In this document: positions 31,152 through 39,699 of the stretch, piece by piece
Layout: each line of letters starts with the position of its first letter
Position numbering within the stretch: the stretch's first letter is position 1
Assembly (NCBI GenBank): GCA_029265905.1
Contig: JAJUGR010000009.1
Coordinates: 9,176 to 73,175, forward strand
DNA from: Sporomusaceae bacterium
GTDB taxonomy: Bacteria > Bacillota > Negativicutes > Acidaminococcales > JAJUGR01
DNA length: 64,000 nt
Direction of reading: 5' to 3'
Program-made: the position numbers and the translations under genes
The notes under the pieces: model-generated
The model's input: the letters and a program-made list of their open reading frames with translations, nothing else
Told to the model about the DNA's origin: nothing
Databases searched by the model: none

Positions 31152-31226
31152 GGGCCTATAGCTCAGCGGTAGAGCCGCCGGCTCATAACCGGCTGGTCCC
31201 TGGTTCGATCCCAGGTGGGCCCACCA
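31152..31226 (+). tRNA. tRNA with CAT anticodon, most likely tRNA-Ile2 (lysidine type)
   Basis: Acceptor stem GGGCCTA/TGGGCCC, anticodon loop CTCATAA (CAT 31184-31186), encoded CCA. G1-C72 pairing excludes the initiator tRNA; stem and loop resemble Firmicute Ile2. Confidence 0.88.
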
Positions 31227-31240
31227 AACCAACATAGTCT

Positions 31241-31271
31241 GGCGAAGTCGATGCGGCTTCGCCTTTTTTTT
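31241..31271 (+). terminator. Terminator after the tRNAs
   Basis: GGCGAAGTCG / CGGCTTCGCC stem followed by T8. Confidence 0.88.
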
Positions 31272-31295
31272 ACTGGACGAAGGGGGTAGTAAAAG

Positions 31296-31979
31296 ATGGA
31301 ATTGGATCGCCGCTTGGCCGCCTTGGCTGATTTCGTGCCGCAAGGCGCCCGCCTGGCCGACATCGGGACGGATCATGCTTATTTGCCGGCCTGGCTGGTG
31401 CAGCAGGGAAGGATTAAGCAGGCCATTGCTTCGGATGTTTTGCCCGGTCCCTGTCAGGCCGCGGAAAAAACAATCGCTGCCGCCGGCCTGAGAGGTCAGA
31501 TTGCCGTGCGGTGCGGCGACGGGCTGGCGACGCTTGCGCCCGGCGAAGCGGACACGATTGCGATTGCCGGCATGGGGGGGGCGACCATGATCGCTATTTT
31601 GGAGCGCGAGCCTGAGGTTGTGGCCCGGGCGCAACAACTGATTTTACAGCCCATGGGCGGCGTGGCCGGTGTGCGGCGCTGGCTCTATGAGCATGGCTGG
31701 CACTTGGACGGGGAAAACGTGGTGGTTGAACGCGGGCGCTGGTATGAAGTTTTGTCCGCCCGGCCCGGCTGGCGGCCCTGTCCCAGCGAGGCGCTGCTGT
31801 GGCTAGGGCCTGTTTTGGCCCAGCAGCGCCATCCGCTGTTGGCGGAACATGCCGCCTTTATTTTGAATAAGCTGAAGCGGACCCTGGCGGCGATGCAGGG
31901 CGGCAAAGACACCGGCGACCGGCAGGCTGACTACCGCCGGCTGATTGCGCAGATCGAGGAGGTTGTGGCAAAATGGTGA
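31296..31979 (+). CDS. trmK: tRNA m1A22 methyltransferase TrmK
   Basis: RLADIGTDHAYLP, GDGL, IAGMGG, LILQPM. Confidence 0.94.
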   Translation: MELDRRLAALADFVPQGARLADIGTDHAYLPAWLVQQGRIKQAIASDVLPGPCQAAEKTIAAAGLRGQIAVRCGDGLATLAPGEADTIAIAGMGGATMIAILEREPEVVARAQQLILQPMGGVAGVRRWLYEHGWHLDGENVVVERGRWYEVLSARPGWRPCPSEALLWLGPVLAQQRHPLLAEHAAFILNKLKRTLAAMQGGKDTGDRQADYRRLIAQIEEVVAKW

Positions 31980-33076
31980 CGGTAGCAGATGTGCTTGACG
32001 CATTGGAGGCGATTGCGCCGCTGGCCCTGGCCGAACCGTGGGACAACGTCGGCTTGCTCTTGGGCGACAAACAGGCGGCGGTCGGGACGATCGGCATCGC
32101 CCTTGACGTGACGCCCGAGACGCTGGCTGCGGCAGCGCGGGCGGGGGTTGACTGCCTGATTACGCACCATCCCTTGCTTTTTGCCGCGCAGAAAAGATTT
32201 GTCGCCGAGCAATGGCCGGACCGGGCGGTTCTTGAGCTGATGCGGCGGGGAACGTCCCTGATCGCCATGCATACCAACCTGGACAAGGCGAGGGGCGGCG
32301 TAAATGATTGCCTGGCAGCCTGCTTGCAGTTGGAGCGGATTCGTCCGCTTGAGGAGGAGCCGCAGGCGATGCGCAAATTGGTTGTTTTCGTGCCGGAGAG
32401 CCATGTTGAGCTGGTGGCGCAAGCGATCGGCGCGGCCGGGGCAGGGCAGCTCGGACATTATCGCGATTGCAGCTTCAGGACGGCGGGGGTTGGCGCATTT
32501 CGGCCGCTCGACGGCGCCAAGCCCTACATCGGCCGGCCGGGAAAATTGGAAAAAGTGGCGGAAGTGCGGCTGGAGGCGCTCGTTGCGGAAGCGTTGACGG
32601 ACAAGGTGCTGGGCGCGATGCTGGCTGTCCACCCGTACGAGGAGCCGGCTTATGACCTGGTGGCCCTGGTGAATGATTTTAGGCGGCCGGGATTGGGGCG
32701 AATCGGCGAGTGGCCGGAAGCGGTTACGCTGCAGCAGGCGGCCAAGCTGGTTCGGCGCGCGTTTCCAGGAAGGATGCTGCGCTTCGCTGACGCCGGGCAA
32801 AAGGTGCGGACCGTGGCGCTGTGCGGCGGAAGCGGCAGCGACCTCTGGCGGACGGCGCAACGCGCCGGGGCGGACTTGCTGATTACGGCTGACTGCAAGT
32901 ATCATGAGGCGCAGCGGGCCTGGCTGTCGGGGCTGAGTCTGATCGACCTGGGTCACGATGATTCGGAGCGGCCCGTTTTGACAGCGCTGGCGACGCGGCT
33001 TGAGGAAGCGCTGAGCGCGCAAAGCGGCGTGAAGACGATTGTCCTGGCGCAAGCTTCGCTTTGGCAGGCAGAATGA
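31973..33076 (+). CDS. Nif3-like dinuclear metal centre protein (YqfO type, with inserted PII-like domain)
   Basis: WDNVGLL, ITHHP, HTNLD, KLVVFVP..GAG..G.Y..CSF, HPYEEPAYD, GHDDSE. Confidence 0.93.
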   Translation: MVTVADVLDALEAIAPLALAEPWDNVGLLLGDKQAAVGTIGIALDVTPETLAAAARAGVDCLITHHPLLFAAQKRFVAEQWPDRAVLELMRRGTSLIAMHTNLDKARGGVNDCLAACLQLERIRPLEEEPQAMRKLVVFVPESHVELVAQAIGAAGAGQLGHYRDCSFRTAGVGAFRPLDGAKPYIGRPGKLEKVAEVRLEALVAEALTDKVLGAMLAVHPYEEPAYDLVALVNDFRRPGLGRIGEWPEAVTLQQAAKLVRRAFPGRMLRFADAGQKVRTVALCGGSGSDLWRTAQRAGADLLITADCKYHEAQRAWLSGLSLIDLGHDDSERPVLTALATRLEEALSAQSGVKTIVLAQASLWQAE

Positions 33077-33080
33077 TTGA

Positions 33081-33109
33081 TTGACGGACCGGGCCAGGTG
33101 TGCTATTCT
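33081..33109 (+). promoter_or_regulatory. sigmaA promoter of rnpB
   Basis: TTGACG-N17-TATTCT with extended TG. Confidence 0.8.
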
Positions 33110-33117
33110 TAACTTCA

Positions 33118-33486
33118 GTCAGCAGGTAAGTGAAAAAGACAATCGCGTGTGAGCCGTGCGCTCATCCGAGGAAAGTCCGAGCTCCACAGGGCGGGATGCT
33201 GGGTAATGCCCAGCGAGGGTGACCTCAGGGAAAGTGCCACAGAAATGTGTACCGCCGGCTTGGCCGGTAAGGGTGGAACGGTGCGGTAAGAGCGCACCAG
33301 CAGTCGGGTGACCGGCTGGCTAGGTAAACCCCATCTGGAGCAAGACCGAATAGGGAAGGGATGAAGCGGCCCGCTGATCCTTCCGGGTTGTGTCGCTTGA
33401 GCCGGCAGGCAACTGCCGGCCTAGATAAATGATTGTCGCCGCGCAAGCGGAACAGAACTCGGCTTATTGATCACTTGACTGCTGAC
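33118..33486 (+). ncRNA. rnpB: RNase P RNA (type A-like)
   Basis: GAGGAAAGTCCGAGCTCC, GAAAGTGCCACAGAAA, GGTAAACCCC, AACAGAACTCGGCTTA conserved regions; the ends pair (33118-33133 with 33471-33486); exact ends approximate. Confidence 0.97.
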
Positions 33487-33530
33487 GAAAGAAAAGACAG
33501 CGACCTCCGTCGCTGTCTTTTCTTTCTTTC
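33487..33530 (+). terminator. Terminator after rnpB
   Basis: 18-bp perfect stem GAAAGAAAAGACAGCGAC / GTCGCTGTCTTTTCTTTC. Confidence 0.88.
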
Positions 33531-33533
33531 TGT

Positions 33534-33562
33534 TTGACAGTGGACCCGGAGCACGATACAAT
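33534..33562 (+). promoter_or_regulatory. sigmaA promoter of trxA
   Basis: TTGACA-N17-TACAAT. Confidence 0.85.
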
Positions 33563-33608
33563 AAAATTGAACCTACCCCCTAGGGTGGGGGATTGAGGAG
33601 GAGTGAAT

Positions 33609-33932
33609 ATGAGCGTTGTAAACATTGCCAGTGAGCAGGAATTTCGTGATTTGCTAGCAAATACAAGCAAACCCGTGCTGATTGATTTTTGGGCCACCTG
33701 GTGCGGGCCTTGCCGCATGGTTGCACCGGAAGTGGAAGCGGTAGCGGAAGCGATGGGGGAACAAGCGGTTGTGGCTAAAGTGAACGTGGACGAGCTGGGC
33801 GGCGTGGCCGGACAGTACAAGGTAATGAGCATTCCTACCCTGCTGATTTTCAAAGCCGGCGTGGAAAAAAACCGCATTGTTGGTTTTCGTCCGCGCAAGG
33901 ATATCCAAACCGCATTAGAAGCGGCGCTGTAA
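33609..33932 (+). CDS. trxA: Thioredoxin
   Basis: DFWATWCGPCRM, SIPTL. Confidence 0.97.
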   Translation: MSVVNIASEQEFRDLLANTSKPVLIDFWATWCGPCRMVAPEVEAVAEAMGEQAVVAKVNVDELGGVAGQYKVMSIPTLLIFKAGVEKNRIVGFRPRKDIQTALEAAL

Positions 33933-33945
33933 GAAAATAGAGTCG

Positions 33946-33977
33946 AGTCCGAAAGGTGCAGCTTTCGGACTTTTTTT
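33946..33977 (+). terminator. Terminator after trxA
   Basis: AGTCCGAAAG / CTTTCGGACT stem followed by a T-run. Confidence 0.85.
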
Positions 33978-34017
33978 CGGCAGGGGCAATTTTCCAGTTT
34001 GCAAAAGGAGAGGTTTT

Positions 34018-34389
34018 ATGTTGCGTGGAATTCGGGGGGCGACTACGGTCGAGAGAGATGACGCTGCGGAGATTGCCAGCAGCGTGCAGGAATTGCTGGC
34101 TTTGCTGCAAGCTGACAACGGGTTTTCGACGGAAGATATCGGCGCGGTTATTTTTAGCTCCACGCCGGATTTGTCCGCGGCCTTTCCGGCTGCCGGGGCG
34201 AGGCGGATGGGACAGGAATGGGCGACGGTGCCGCTGTTCGGGACGATGGAAATTGAGCACGAGGGAGCACCGGAACGCTGCATCCGCGTGCTGATTTTGT
34301 GGAATACCGAAAAGCAGCAGCGCGAGATTAAGCACGCTTATTTGCGCCGCGCAGCGGCGCTGCGGCCCGATATTGCAAAAAACGCCTAA
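34018..34389 (+). CDS. aroH: Chorismate mutase, AroH class
   Basis: MLRGIRGATTV, FSSTPDL..FPA..AR, CIRVLI, YLRRAAALRPD. Confidence 0.94.
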   Translation: MLRGIRGATTVERDDAAEIASSVQELLALLQADNGFSTEDIGAVIFSSTPDLSAAFPAAGARRMGQEWATVPLFGTMEIEHEGAPERCIRVLILWNTEKQQREIKHAYLRRAAALRPDIAKNA

Positions 34390-34405
34390 ATTTTTTTTGC
34401 CGGCG

Positions 34406-34434
34406 GCAGGAGTTTTTGCCGACGCAGCGAATTA
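34406..34434 (+). promoter_or_regulatory. sigmaH-type promoter upstream of the c-di-AMP riboswitch
   Basis: GCAGGAGTT-N11-AGCGAATTA, almost identical to the motif at 9219. Confidence 0.7.
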
Positions 34435-34451
34435 AGATTAAGCGTTGAGTT

Positions 34452-34562
34452 ATACAGCCGAATCCTACTCAGGTACGGGGGAACCAATCTATTGGGGTGA
34501 ATTCCGCTTTTGCGGAAAGGGTGCCTACAACCCTAACCCGTCAGCTAACCCCGGAGGCTATG
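34452..34562 (+). promoter_or_regulatory. c-di-AMP (ydaO/yuaA) riboswitch
   Basis: GCCGAATCC..AGGTACGGGGGAACC..TTGGGGTGAATTCC..AACCCGTCAGCTAACCCCGGAGGC matches the ydaO consensus; it sits upstream of a cell-wall hydrolase, a typical target. Confidence 0.92.
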
Positions 34563-34579
34563 GAGAGGGGAATGAATTT

Positions 34580-35251
34580 TTGACGAAATCAGTGCGCTTT
34601 TTTGTGTTGGTGGCGGTTTTTTGTTTGACGGCTTTTTTGCCAACGGTGGCTTCGGCTGCTTACCACAAGGGTGATCGGGGCGAGGACATTACAGCCATTC
34701 AGGAGCAGCTCATGGAGCTGGGGTACGGCGTAAAGAGCGCGGACGGCGTGTTCGGCAATGAGACGCTGACGGCCATCAAGGCCTTCCAGCGCGACAGGGG
34801 CATGGAAGTCGACGGCGTCATTGGCGAGGAGACTTACCGGGCTTTGATGGGCAGAACGATTCCTGCCAGTCGTGCCGGTTCCGTAACCTTGGCCCGGCGG
34901 ACGATCAGTCTGGCCATGCAGTATGAAGGCGTTCCCTACGTGTTTGGCGGCACGACGCCGAATGGTTTTGACTGTTCCGGCTTTACCCGCTACGTTTTCG
35001 CCCGGGCCGGCGTATCCTTGCCGCGAACGGCCGATGCGCAGTATAACATGGGAACCCCGGTATCGATCAATCGGTTGCAGCCCGGTGATTTGGTCTTTTT
35101 CACTACATATGAGGCAGGGGCCTCGCATGTGGGCATCTATCTCGGCGATGGCGAGTTCATCAGCGCCACTTCCAGCCGAGGGATTGCAGTGGCCAGTCTT
35201 TATAGCGGTTATTGGGGCGATCGGTATATCGGAGCCCGGCGGGTTGATTAA
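34580..35251 (+). CDS. Secreted NlpC/P60 endopeptidase with peptidoglycan-binding domain
   Basis: Signal peptide ending ASA, PG-binding domain (GDRGEDI..IQ..L, DGVFGNET..AIKAFQ, DGVIG..T), PYVFGG..FDCSG, LQPGDLVFF, HVGIY. TTG 34580 follows the SD. Confidence 0.95.
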   Translation: MTKSVRFFVLVAVFCLTAFLPTVASAAYHKGDRGEDITAIQEQLMELGYGVKSADGVFGNETLTAIKAFQRDRGMEVDGVIGEETYRALMGRTIPASRAGSVTLARRTISLAMQYEGVPYVFGGTTPNGFDCSGFTRYVFARAGVSLPRTADAQYNMGTPVSINRLQPGDLVFFTTYEAGASHVGIYLGDGEFISATSSRGIAVASLYSGYWGDRYIGARRVD

Positions 35252-35268
35252 TTGTACAAACGACGGTA

Positions 35269-35293
35269 AAGGGAGCGCTTGCGCTCCCTTCTT
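35269..35293 (+). terminator. Probable terminator after the NlpC/P60 gene
   Basis: AAGGGAGCG / CGCTCCCTT stem with a short T tail. Confidence 0.6.
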
Positions 35294-35310
35294 ACATTGA
35301 GGAGGTTGGT

Positions 35311-35874
35311 TTGATGGAGCGGAAGGAAGCGGTTGCTTTGCTGCAACAGCATGTTAAGCAGGAGGCGCTGATTAAGCATTGCGTGGCGGTTGAAATTGCC
35401 ATGCGCGCTTATGCCAGGCGCTTTGGCGAAGATGAGGCCTATTGGGGGACCGTGGGGCTGCTGCATGATATTGATTTTGAACAGTATCCGGACGACCATC
35501 CGCATCATGCGCGGGAAATCCTGGGTGTGGCCGGTTTTGACGAAGCCTTTATTGTTGACGTGGAGTCCCACGCGCGCGACTGGCCTCAAGAACGTTCGCT
35601 CTTGCAAAAAACGCTGCTTTCCGTCGATGAGATGACGGGTTTTGTCATTGCCTGCGCGCTCGTGCGGCCGGATCGCAGCCTAAAGACGCTGGAAGTAAAG
35701 TCGGTCAAAAAGAAGCTGAAGGACAAAGCCTTTGCCCGCGCCGTCAACCGGGAGACTTTAATCGAAAGCGCCCTGCAATTAGGTATTCCCCTGGAAGACC
35801 ACATTGCTTTTGTCACCCAGGCGCTGGCGGAAGCGGTGGAGCAACCGGTTTACGCACCCTACCATCTGGTATAA
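35311..35874 (+). CDS. HD/HDIG domain metal-dependent phosphohydrolase
   Basis: KHCVAVE, GLLHDIDFE, VDEMTG..ACALVRP, KDKAFARAVNRE. Confidence 0.85.
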   Translation: MMERKEAVALLQQHVKQEALIKHCVAVEIAMRAYARRFGEDEAYWGTVGLLHDIDFEQYPDDHPHHAREILGVAGFDEAFIVDVESHARDWPQERSLLQKTLLSVDEMTGFVIACALVRPDRSLKTLEVKSVKKKLKDKAFARAVNRETLIESALQLGIPLEDHIAFVTQALAEAVEQPVYAPYHLV

Positions 35875-35909
35875 TAAAAAAACGACTCCGCCGGAGTCGT
35901 TTTTTTATT
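35873..35909. terminator. Bidirectional terminator
   Basis: 17-bp perfect stem AATAAAAAAACGACTCC / GGAGTCGTTTTTTTATT between the HD gene and the convergent small ORF. Confidence 0.9.
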
Positions 35910-35994
35910 CAGGAAACAGATGATCCCAAGCCGCATACAATAAGATCAGCACGGCCGCAAACAGCAGGCCAAAGTCGCCAAGCAGTTGTTCCAT
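35905..35994 (-). CDS. Small hydrophobic protein (29 aa), absent from the ORF track
   Basis: MEQLLGDFGLLFAAVLILLYAAWDHLFPE*; SD GAGGTGA 6 nt upstream; minus-strand TTGTTT-N17-TATAAT promoter (36044-36016); stop falls in the bidirectional terminator. Confidence 0.7.
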   Translation of the reverse strand: MEQLLGDFGLLFAAVLILLYAAWDHLFPE

Positions 35995-36055
35995 TCCGGT
36001 TCACCTCGCACTTTCATTATAAGGGCGGGGCAGGGCGGAAACAAGGGCTGCAATT

Positions 36056-36106
36056 TGTGAACAATCTGTGACAAACGATTCAACTCGCCGCCGTTTCCGG
36101 TATAAT
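36056..36106 (+). promoter_or_regulatory. Promoter of the two-component operon with an upstream direct repeat
   Basis: TGTGAA-N5-TGTGAC (36056-36072) upstream of a weak -35 and TATAAT (36101-36106). Confidence 0.55.
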
Positions 36107-36135
36107 GTAGATGAAAGCAAAAAGGAGGCGGACAA

Positions 36136-36840
36136 ATGGAACAAGGGCTGATACTCCTTGTGGATGATGAACCGCAAATTCGTGAGATTTTGCGGTTGTA
36201 TTTTGAGAAAGAAGGGTTTCGCGTCGTGGAGGCGACTGACGGCGCCGAGGCGCTTGTCCTGCAGCAAAAACTTGAACCCCAGCTCATTATACTTGATTTA
36301 ATGCTGCCTGTGCTGGACGGTCTGGAGGTTTGCCGGCAAATCCGCAAGAACTCCGCTGTGCCGATTATCATGCTGACGGCGAGGGAAGAGGACGACGACC
36401 GCATTTTGGGACTGGAAACCGGAGCGGATGATTACGTGACAAAACCGTTCAACCCGCGCGAAGTGGTGGCCCGGGCGAAGGCCGTGCTGCGCCGCGTGCA
36501 GGATGGGACTGCGGCGGGCGCCGGGCAAGCCAAGGAGCAGGTGCGGATTCCTGGCCTGGTGATTGACATGGGAGCGTACCGGGTCCAGGTGTTCGACCAG
36601 GTTGTGGAACTGACGGCGCGCGAAACTGAGCTTTTGCATCACCTGGCCTCGCATCCAGGACGCGTTTTCACCCGGGAGCAGCTGTTGGAATTGGTGTGGG
36701 GATTTTCCTATTACGGCGACACCCGGACTGTGGATACGCATATCAAACGCATTCGGCACAAACTGGCGATGCCGGCGGATGCGCCTTTTGACATCAAAAC
36801 GGTATGGGGCGTCGGCTACAAGCTCGAGGTCAGGCCATGA
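36136..36840 (+). CDS. OmpR/PhoB-family response regulator
   Basis: LVDDE, LDLMLP (phospho-Asp), GADDYVTKPF, winged helix (FTREQLL..VWG, RTVDTHIKRIR, TVWGVGY). Confidence 0.97.
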   Translation: MEQGLILLVDDEPQIREILRLYFEKEGFRVVEATDGAEALVLQQKLEPQLIILDLMLPVLDGLEVCRQIRKNSAVPIIMLTAREEDDDRILGLETGADDYVTKPFNPREVVARAKAVLRRVQDGTAAGAGQAKEQVRIPGLVIDMGAYRVQVFDQVVELTARETELLHHLASHPGRVFTREQLLELVWGFSYYGDTRTVDTHIKRIRHKLAMPADAPFDIKTVWGVGYKLEVRP

Positions 36841-38399
36841 AACCGAGATTTTCGCTGCGCTGGCGAATGACGGGCTATTTTTTGGGCACCGCGATTGCGG
36901 TGATTGTACTTGTTCTGGCGGGCGTCACCTTCTTGCTGCGGGATTATACGCTGGAGGCCAAGACGGAAGAAATGGCGAACCGGGGGCGGGAAATGGCCCA
37001 GCTCTCCGCCGACTTTTTTTCCGGCGCGCTGTCGCGCGAGCAACTGGCGGACTATTTTTCGGCGGTTGATCCGCTGTTGGGCGCCCGGATTTGGCTTTTG
37101 GACGAAGAGCGCCGGCCGGTGGTTGTTTCGCAGGTGCCGCGCAACCCCATGCAGACGCCGCCTATGGGCGAGCGCCGCAACCAGATGGGCATGCGGATGG
37201 GGCAGGGTCCGGAGAACGGCAAAGGCGCCAATAAAGCGGACTTGCGGCGGGAGAGCCCCTTCCACGGGTCGCCTGCTTTAGAAGCGCGGTTGGACAAAGC
37301 TTATGCCGGCGAGGGGCAGTCGATGCTCCGCCTCCTGCACCCCTATTATGACGAGCAGATGCTGATCGGCTTTTTCCCGGTGCGCCACCAGGGCGAGGTG
37401 GCCGGCGTGTTGGTGCTGGCGGCCTCGGTGCAGGGAATGGATGCGTTTTTGTACCGGCTATATGGCTTCGTGGCGCTGGCGGGTGTGGCTGGCGTCATTG
37501 TGGCGGTGCTGGCGGCGTTCCATCTGTCCGGGCGCTTGGCCAAGCCGTTGATTGCGATGCAGGGGAGCGCGGCGAGGATGGCCGCCGGCGACTACAGCCA
37601 GCAACTGTCTGTTGGCACAAATGATGAAATCGGCGACCTGGCCGCTTCCTTAAATAAACTGTCGCATGACTTGGCTGCTTTTGTGAACAAGATGACTAGC
37701 CTGGAAAGCATGCGGCGCGACTTTGTGGCGAACGTGTCGCATGAACTGCGGACGCCGCTGACGATTATTCGCGGCTATAATGAAGCGATGCTTGACGGGA
37801 CGGTTACGGACGCAAAGACCACCAAGCGTTATCAGGAATTCATCCGCGACGAGGTGATCCGCCTGGAGCGCCTGATCAGGGAACTGCTGGATATAAGCCG
37901 GCTGCAGTCGCGGCGGGAGCGCTTTGCGGAACCGATCGATTTAAGCGAGCTTGTTGAAGAGACGGGGCGGCGCTGGGAGGATGTGGCGCGGCAAAAAGGC
38001 GTCGACTTGAAAGTGGCGGTTGAACCGGCGCTGCACATAAAAGGAAACGGCGACAGGCTGGTACAGCTGCTGGTTATTTTTCTGGATAATGCGCTCAAGT
38101 TCACGCCGGCGGGCGCGGCAATCACGCTGGCCTTGCAACGCCGCGCGGACCGGGCGGTGCTGACAATCGCCGATCAGGGCTGCGGCATAGCGCCGGAAGC
38201 ATTGCCTTTTATTTGGGAGCGGTTTTACAAAGCGGATAAGTCGCACGTGCGGGTTGACGGCGGTACCGGACTTGGACTGGCGATCGCCAGGGAGATTATT
38301 GAGCGGCATGAAGCAAGCGTTGACGTCGAAAGCGCTGTCGGCAGCGGTACGGCGTTTACGGTCTGCTTTCCCCTGCTGACTGGAAACAAGGAGAGATAG
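36837..38399 (+). CDS. Sensor histidine kinase (2 TM, HAMP, HisKA, HATPase)
   Basis: DEIGDLA HAMP, NVSHELRTPLT, FLDNALKF, DQGCGI, FYKADKS, GGTGLGLAI. Confidence 0.97.
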   Translation: MKPRFSLRWRMTGYFLGTAIAVIVLVLAGVTFLLRDYTLEAKTEEMANRGREMAQLSADFFSGALSREQLADYFSAVDPLLGARIWLLDEERRPVVVSQVPRNPMQTPPMGERRNQMGMRMGQGPENGKGANKADLRRESPFHGSPALEARLDKAYAGEGQSMLRLLHPYYDEQMLIGFFPVRHQGEVAGVLVLAASVQGMDAFLYRLYGFVALAGVAGVIVAVLAAFHLSGRLAKPLIAMQGSAARMAAGDYSQQLSVGTNDEIGDLAASLNKLSHDLAAFVNKMTSLESMRRDFVANVSHELRTPLTIIRGYNEAMLDGTVTDAKTTKRYQEFIRDEVIRLERLIRELLDISRLQSRRERFAEPIDLSELVEETGRRWEDVARQKGVDLKVAVEPALHIKGNGDRLVQLLVIFLDNALKFTPAGAAITLALQRRADRAVLTIADQGCGIAPEALPFIWERFYKADKSHVRVDGGTGLGLAIAREIIERHEASVDVESAVGSGTAFTVCFPLLTGNKER

Positions 38400-38401
38400 T
38401 G

Positions 38402-38923
38402 ATGTTGCAGTTGCTTTCGCCCAAACGTCGGTTGCGGCGTCCGGAAGACATTACGGCGGCGTTCTTGCACGAGAACGGCATCAGGGGCATCCTGCTTGAT
38501 GTTGACAATACGCTGTTGCCCTGGGAAGAAAAAGAGCTGGCGCAAGCAACCCGGCAGTGGGCGCAGGAGATCTTGGCGCAAGGCATTGCGATCGTCCTGG
38601 TATCGAACAACCGCCCGCAAAAAGTGGCGCATGTGGCGCAGCAGCTTGGCGTGCGGGGGATCCCCCACGCAAAAAAGCCTTTTGCCGGCGGTCTGAAAAA
38701 GGGACTGGCGCTGCTGGGGCTGAAAGCGTGCGAAACGGCGATTGTCGGTGACCAGCTCTTCACCGATGTGCTGGGCGGCAACCGGATGGGGCTTTTGACG
38801 ATCTGGGTGCGGGCCCGCAGCCGCAACGAGTTCATCGGCACGCGGCTGGTGCGCAAAGTGGAAAAGCTGGTTGTGCGGCGGCTGGAGAAGAACAAAAGCA
38901 TGCCGGAGGAGGGATGGCTGTGA
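38402..38923 (+). CDS. yqeG: YqeG-family HAD IIIA phosphatase
   Basis: LDVDNTL, VSNN, AKKP, VGDQLFTDVLGGNR. Confidence 0.93.
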   Translation: MLQLLSPKRRLRRPEDITAAFLHENGIRGILLDVDNTLLPWEEKELAQATRQWAQEILAQGIAIVLVSNNRPQKVAHVAQQLGVRGIPHAKKPFAGGLKKGLALLGLKACETAIVGDQLFTDVLGGNRMGLLTIWVRARSRNEFIGTRLVRKVEKLVVRRLEKNKSMPEEGWL

Positions 38924-39699
38924 AGTTTGCCTTGATACAAATGCTGGTGAAGGAAAAAGCCGGCGAGGAAAATATCGCGCATGGACTGGCCTTGTTGGAG
39001 CAGGCGGCCGAGCAGGCGGACGTATTGGTGCTGCCGGAGGTTTGGACGACAGGGTATTCTTTAGGCCGGGTGCGCGAGGTAGCCGAGACGCTGGACGGCG
39101 AAGTGGCGGCCCAATTGCAGAGCCTGGCGGCGCGAAAGAAAGTGGGCATTATTGCCGGGTCCATGGCCATGAGCCGGGACGGTCAGGTCTATAATTGCGC
39201 GCCGGTGTGGGGGCGCGAGGGGCAACTGATCGGCACCTATGAAAAAATTCATTTATTCAGCCTCTATCAGGAAGAAAAAATCTTTTCCCCGGGGCAAAGG
39301 CGCCTGGTGGCGACGGTTGACGATTGGAAGATCGGATTGGGGATTTGTTACGACTTGCGTTTCCCCGAACTATTCCGCATCATGGCCGCGCAAGGCGCGG
39401 AATGCTTTGTGGTGCCAGCCGAGTGGCCGGCGGCGCGCGGGGCTGATTGGCGTTTGCTGGTGCAAGCGCGTGCGGTGGAAAACCAAGCCTATGTCGTCGG
39501 CGTCAACTGCGTGGGGCACTTTAAAAGCGCGCCGTTTTACGGCCATTCCATGGTGGTGGGGCCGGACGGGACGATTTTGGCGGAAGCAGGAAACCAAGAA
39601 GAAATTCTAATAGTGGAGCTGGACCGGCAGGCTGTGCAGCGCGCCCGCCGGCAAATGAGCGTGCTGCTTGACCGCCGCCCGGACTGCTATGTCGAATAA
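38914..39699 (+). CDS. Carbon-nitrogen hydrolase (nitrilase/omega-amidase family)
   Basis: LPEVWTTGY, YEKIHLF, ICYDLRFPE (Glu-Lys-Cys triad), RAVENQ. Confidence 0.93.
   Translation: MAVKFALIQMLVKEKAGEENIAHGLALLEQAAEQADVLVLPEVWTTGYSLGRVREVAETLDGEVAAQLQSLAARKKVGIIAGSMAMSRDGQVYNCAPVWGREGQLIGTYEKIHLFSLYQEEKIFSPGQRRLVATVDDWKIGLGICYDLRFPELFRIMAAQGAECFVVPAEWPAARGADWRLLVQARAVENQAYVVGVNCVGHFKSAPFYGHSMVVGPDGTILAEAGNQEEILIVELDRQAVQRARRQMSVLLDRRPDCYVE

Noticed and set aside
31152-31226. tRNA-Met assignment for the CAT-anticodon tRNA
   Set aside because: Paired G1-C72 excludes the initiator; acceptor stem and CTCATAA loop fit Ile2 better than elongator Met. Some uncertainty remains.
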